Shown here: positions 62,281 to 64,000 of the stretch, one piece after another
How positions within the stretch are numbered: position 1 is the first letter of the stretch
Layout: the number at the start of each line of letters is the position of its first letter
DNA from: Dictyostelium discoideum
Lineage: Eukaryota
NCBI GenBank assembly: GCA_000004695.1
Contig: CM000154.2
Span: 2,816,001-2,880,000 of the forward strand
DNA: 64,000 nt
Direction: 5' to 3'
Position numbers and translations under genes: made by a program
Notes under the pieces: model-generated
What the model saw: the letters and a program-made list of their open reading frames with translations, nothing else
Database searches by the model: none
Told to the model about the DNA's origin: nothing

Positions 62281-62400
62281 TGGGGCTGACCCCTTAGATT
62301 TTTCAGTTATTTAAACTTAAAAAAACTTGAAATTTTTAATTTCTCTGTTACTTAATATTAATTTCATATTATTTTAAATATATATGTTCATTATTATTAT
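62281..62400 (+). promoter_or_regulatory. Conserved upstream module of actin paralog 3, with GGGGCTGACCCCTTAGATTTTTCAGT
   Basis: tggggctgaccccttagatttttcagttatttaaacttaaaaaaacttgaaatttttaatttctctgttacttaatattaatttcatattattttaaatatat. GCTGACCCCT is a very GC-rich 10-mer for this genome and occurs at the same relative position as in paralog 2. Confidence 0.5.
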
Positions 62401-62510
62401 TATTAAAAAAAAAAAAAATTAATTTTTTTAAAATAAACCTAAAATAATTTAAAATCATAAAAAACCAACAATAAGGAACATATATCAAATAATAATCAAA
62501 ATAATATAAA

Positions 62511-63668
62511 ATGGAATGCGAAGAAGTTCAAGCCATAGTTATTGATAATGGTTCTAGTGTGTGTAAAGCTGGTTTTGGTGGTGATGATGCTCCTCGTACA
62601 GCTTTCCCATCAATTGTTGGTCGTCCAAGATGTACTGGTTTTATAGTTGATATGGATAAAAAAGATTCATATTTTTGTAAAAAGAATTCGTGTTTTATGG
62701 GTCAAAAGGATTTATATATTGGTGATGAAGCTCAATCAAAAAGAGGTATTCTAAATGTTAAATATCCAATTGAACGTGGTATTATTACAAATTGGAATGA
62801 CATGGAAGAAATCTGGTATCATACTTTTTATAATGAACTTCATGTTGCTCCAGAGGAACATCCAGTTCTCTTAACTGAACCACCATTAAATCCAAAAGCA
62901 AATAGAGAGAAAATGACTCAAATCATGTTTGAAACTTTCAAAACCCCTGCAATATATGTTGCCAATCAAGGTGTATTATCATTATATTCTACTGGTCTTA
63001 CAACTGGTATCGTTATGAATTCGGGTGATGGTGTTTCTCATACTGTGCCAGTTTATGAAGGTTATATTTTACGTCAAGCAATTTTAAGTTTAGATTTAGC
63101 TGGTCGTGATCTTACTGATTACATGAATGAATTATTAACTGATCGTGGTTACTACTTTACAACAAAGGGTGAAAAAGAAATAGTTAGAGGTATTAAAGAG
63201 AAATTATCATATGTTGCATTAGACTTTGAAGCTGAAATGCAAATTGCCTCCGCATCGCCTGCATTAGAGAAATCATATGAATTACCAGACGGTCAAGTTA
63301 TTACAATTGGTAATGAACGTTTCCGTTGTCCAGAAGCACTTTTCCGACCATATACTGGTATTCATGAAACAATCTATAATTCAATCATGAAATGTGATGA
63401 TGATATTCGTAAAGATTTATTTGGTAGTGTTGTATTATCAGGTGGTTCAACTATGTTTCCAGGTATTGTAGATCGTATGAATAAAGAATTAACTGCACTT
63501 GCACCATCAACAATGAAAATTAAAATTATTGCACCACCAGAACGTAAATACTCTGTATGGATTGGTGGTTCAATTTTAGCCTCACTTTCAAGTTTCCAAC
63601 CAAGGTGGATTTCAAAAGAAGAATATGACGAATCTGGTCCATCAATTGTTCACAGAAAATGTTTCTAA
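62511..63668 (+). CDS. Divergent actin-family protein, 385 aa, with an in-frame 9-codon insertion and a 6-codon deletion relative to its neighbour
   Basis: [78 protein letters not shown]... carries a local duplication ([20 protein letters not shown]) inside the DNase-I-loop region. [12 protein letters not shown] lacks the SLLAMDYD block of paralog 2. The reading frame is intact to ...IVHRKCF*. Confidence 0.8.
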   Translation: MECEEVQAIVIDNGSSVCKAGFGGDDAPRTAFPSIVGRPRCTGFIVDMDKKDSYFCKKNSCFMGQKDLYIGDEAQSKRGILNVKYPIERGIITNWNDMEEIWYHTFYNELHVAPEEHPVLLTEPPLNPKANREKMTQIMFETFKTPAIYVANQGVLSLYSTGLTTGIVMNSGDGVSHTVPVYEGYILRQAILSLDLAGRDLTDYMNELLTDRGYYFTTKGEKEIVRGIKEKLSYVALDFEAEMQIASASPALEKSYELPDGQVITIGNERFRCPEALFRPYTGIHETIYNSIMKCDDDIRKDLFGSVVLSGGSTMFPGIVDRMNKELTALAPSTMKIKIIAPPERKYSVWIGGSILASLSSFQPRWISKEEYDESGPSIVHRKCF

Positions 63669-64000
63669 AAAAAAAAAAAAAAAAAAATTAGTTAAATTAA
63701 TAAAATAAAATAAAAATTATAAAAACAAAAAAAAAAACAAAAAAAAAAAAAAAGTATGGTAAAATAAAAATAAAATAAAAATTATAAAAACAAAAAAAAA
63801 AAAAATTAAAAAAAAAAAAAAATAGAATTAGTTTCTTGTCGATAAAAGAAATAATCACTCATATAAATTTTTTTCACTAGTGACATAATTTTGGCTCTAG
63901 TTACGTAATATATTATAGTAAAGCATTCGCTGAAAAAAAAAAGGTTAAAAATTAAAAAATAAAACAAAAAAAAAAAAAAAACAAAAAACTAAAAGTCTAA

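Noticed and set aside
1-64000. Prokaryote-type features (CRISPR arrays, operons, defence islands, IS elements) or Dictyostelium transposons (DIRS-1, TRE, Skipper, DDT)
   Set aside because: The window is eukaryotic, with spliced genes. No arrays of regularly spaced direct repeats. No LTRs, reverse-transcriptase/integrase ORFs or tRNA-adjacent TRE insertions (no tRNA genes were found). The only large repeat is the gene duplication at 46.4-57.9 kb.

Overview
This window is Dictyostelium discoideum-type nuclear DNA. It is very AT-rich, with long poly(dA)/(dT) intergenic tracts, short AT-rich introns of the GTAAGT...(T)nAG type, and poly-N/Q/T/K/E coding tracts. It is gene-dense, with roughly 25 protein-coding genes on both strands. 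Many have tiny first exons or short introns that the Met-to-stop ORF track breaks or mis-starts, and several track ORFs begin at TTG pseudo-starts. Genes I recognise from family knowledge: serine racemase, ribophorin II, a mitochondrial uS15-type ribosomal protein, methylglutaconyl-CoA hydratase (AUH), a PMCA-type Ca2+-ATPase, SDHAF1/LYR, a URI1-like prefoldin, a myosin-V-like heavy chain (fits myoH, 1771 aa), cortexillin I, a Vps9-CUE Rab5-GEF-like protein, glutaminyl-tRNA synthetase, LSm7 and PRP17/CDC40. The most unusual content is a tandemly duplicated ~5.7-5.8 kb unit at 46.4-57.9 kb. Each copy encodes a large protein that fuses a Cid1/Gld2-type nucleotidyltransferase (with PAP-associated domain) to a UPF1/Mov10-like SF1 helicase core. 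Copy 2 carries a single TGG->TGA nonsense change exactly between the two modules. The duplication also carried along the last ~18 codons of the neighbouring PRP17 gene. The right end holds a tandem array of three divergent actin paralogs, one of them frameshifted, that share a conserved upstream promoter module. Two short islands of G/C homopolymer smear (23.56-23.90 kb and 33.30-33.56 kb) look like low-quality or assembly-junction sequence rather than biology. No tRNA, rRNA, CRISPR or transposon was recognised. All calls come from reading the sequence; no database search was run.
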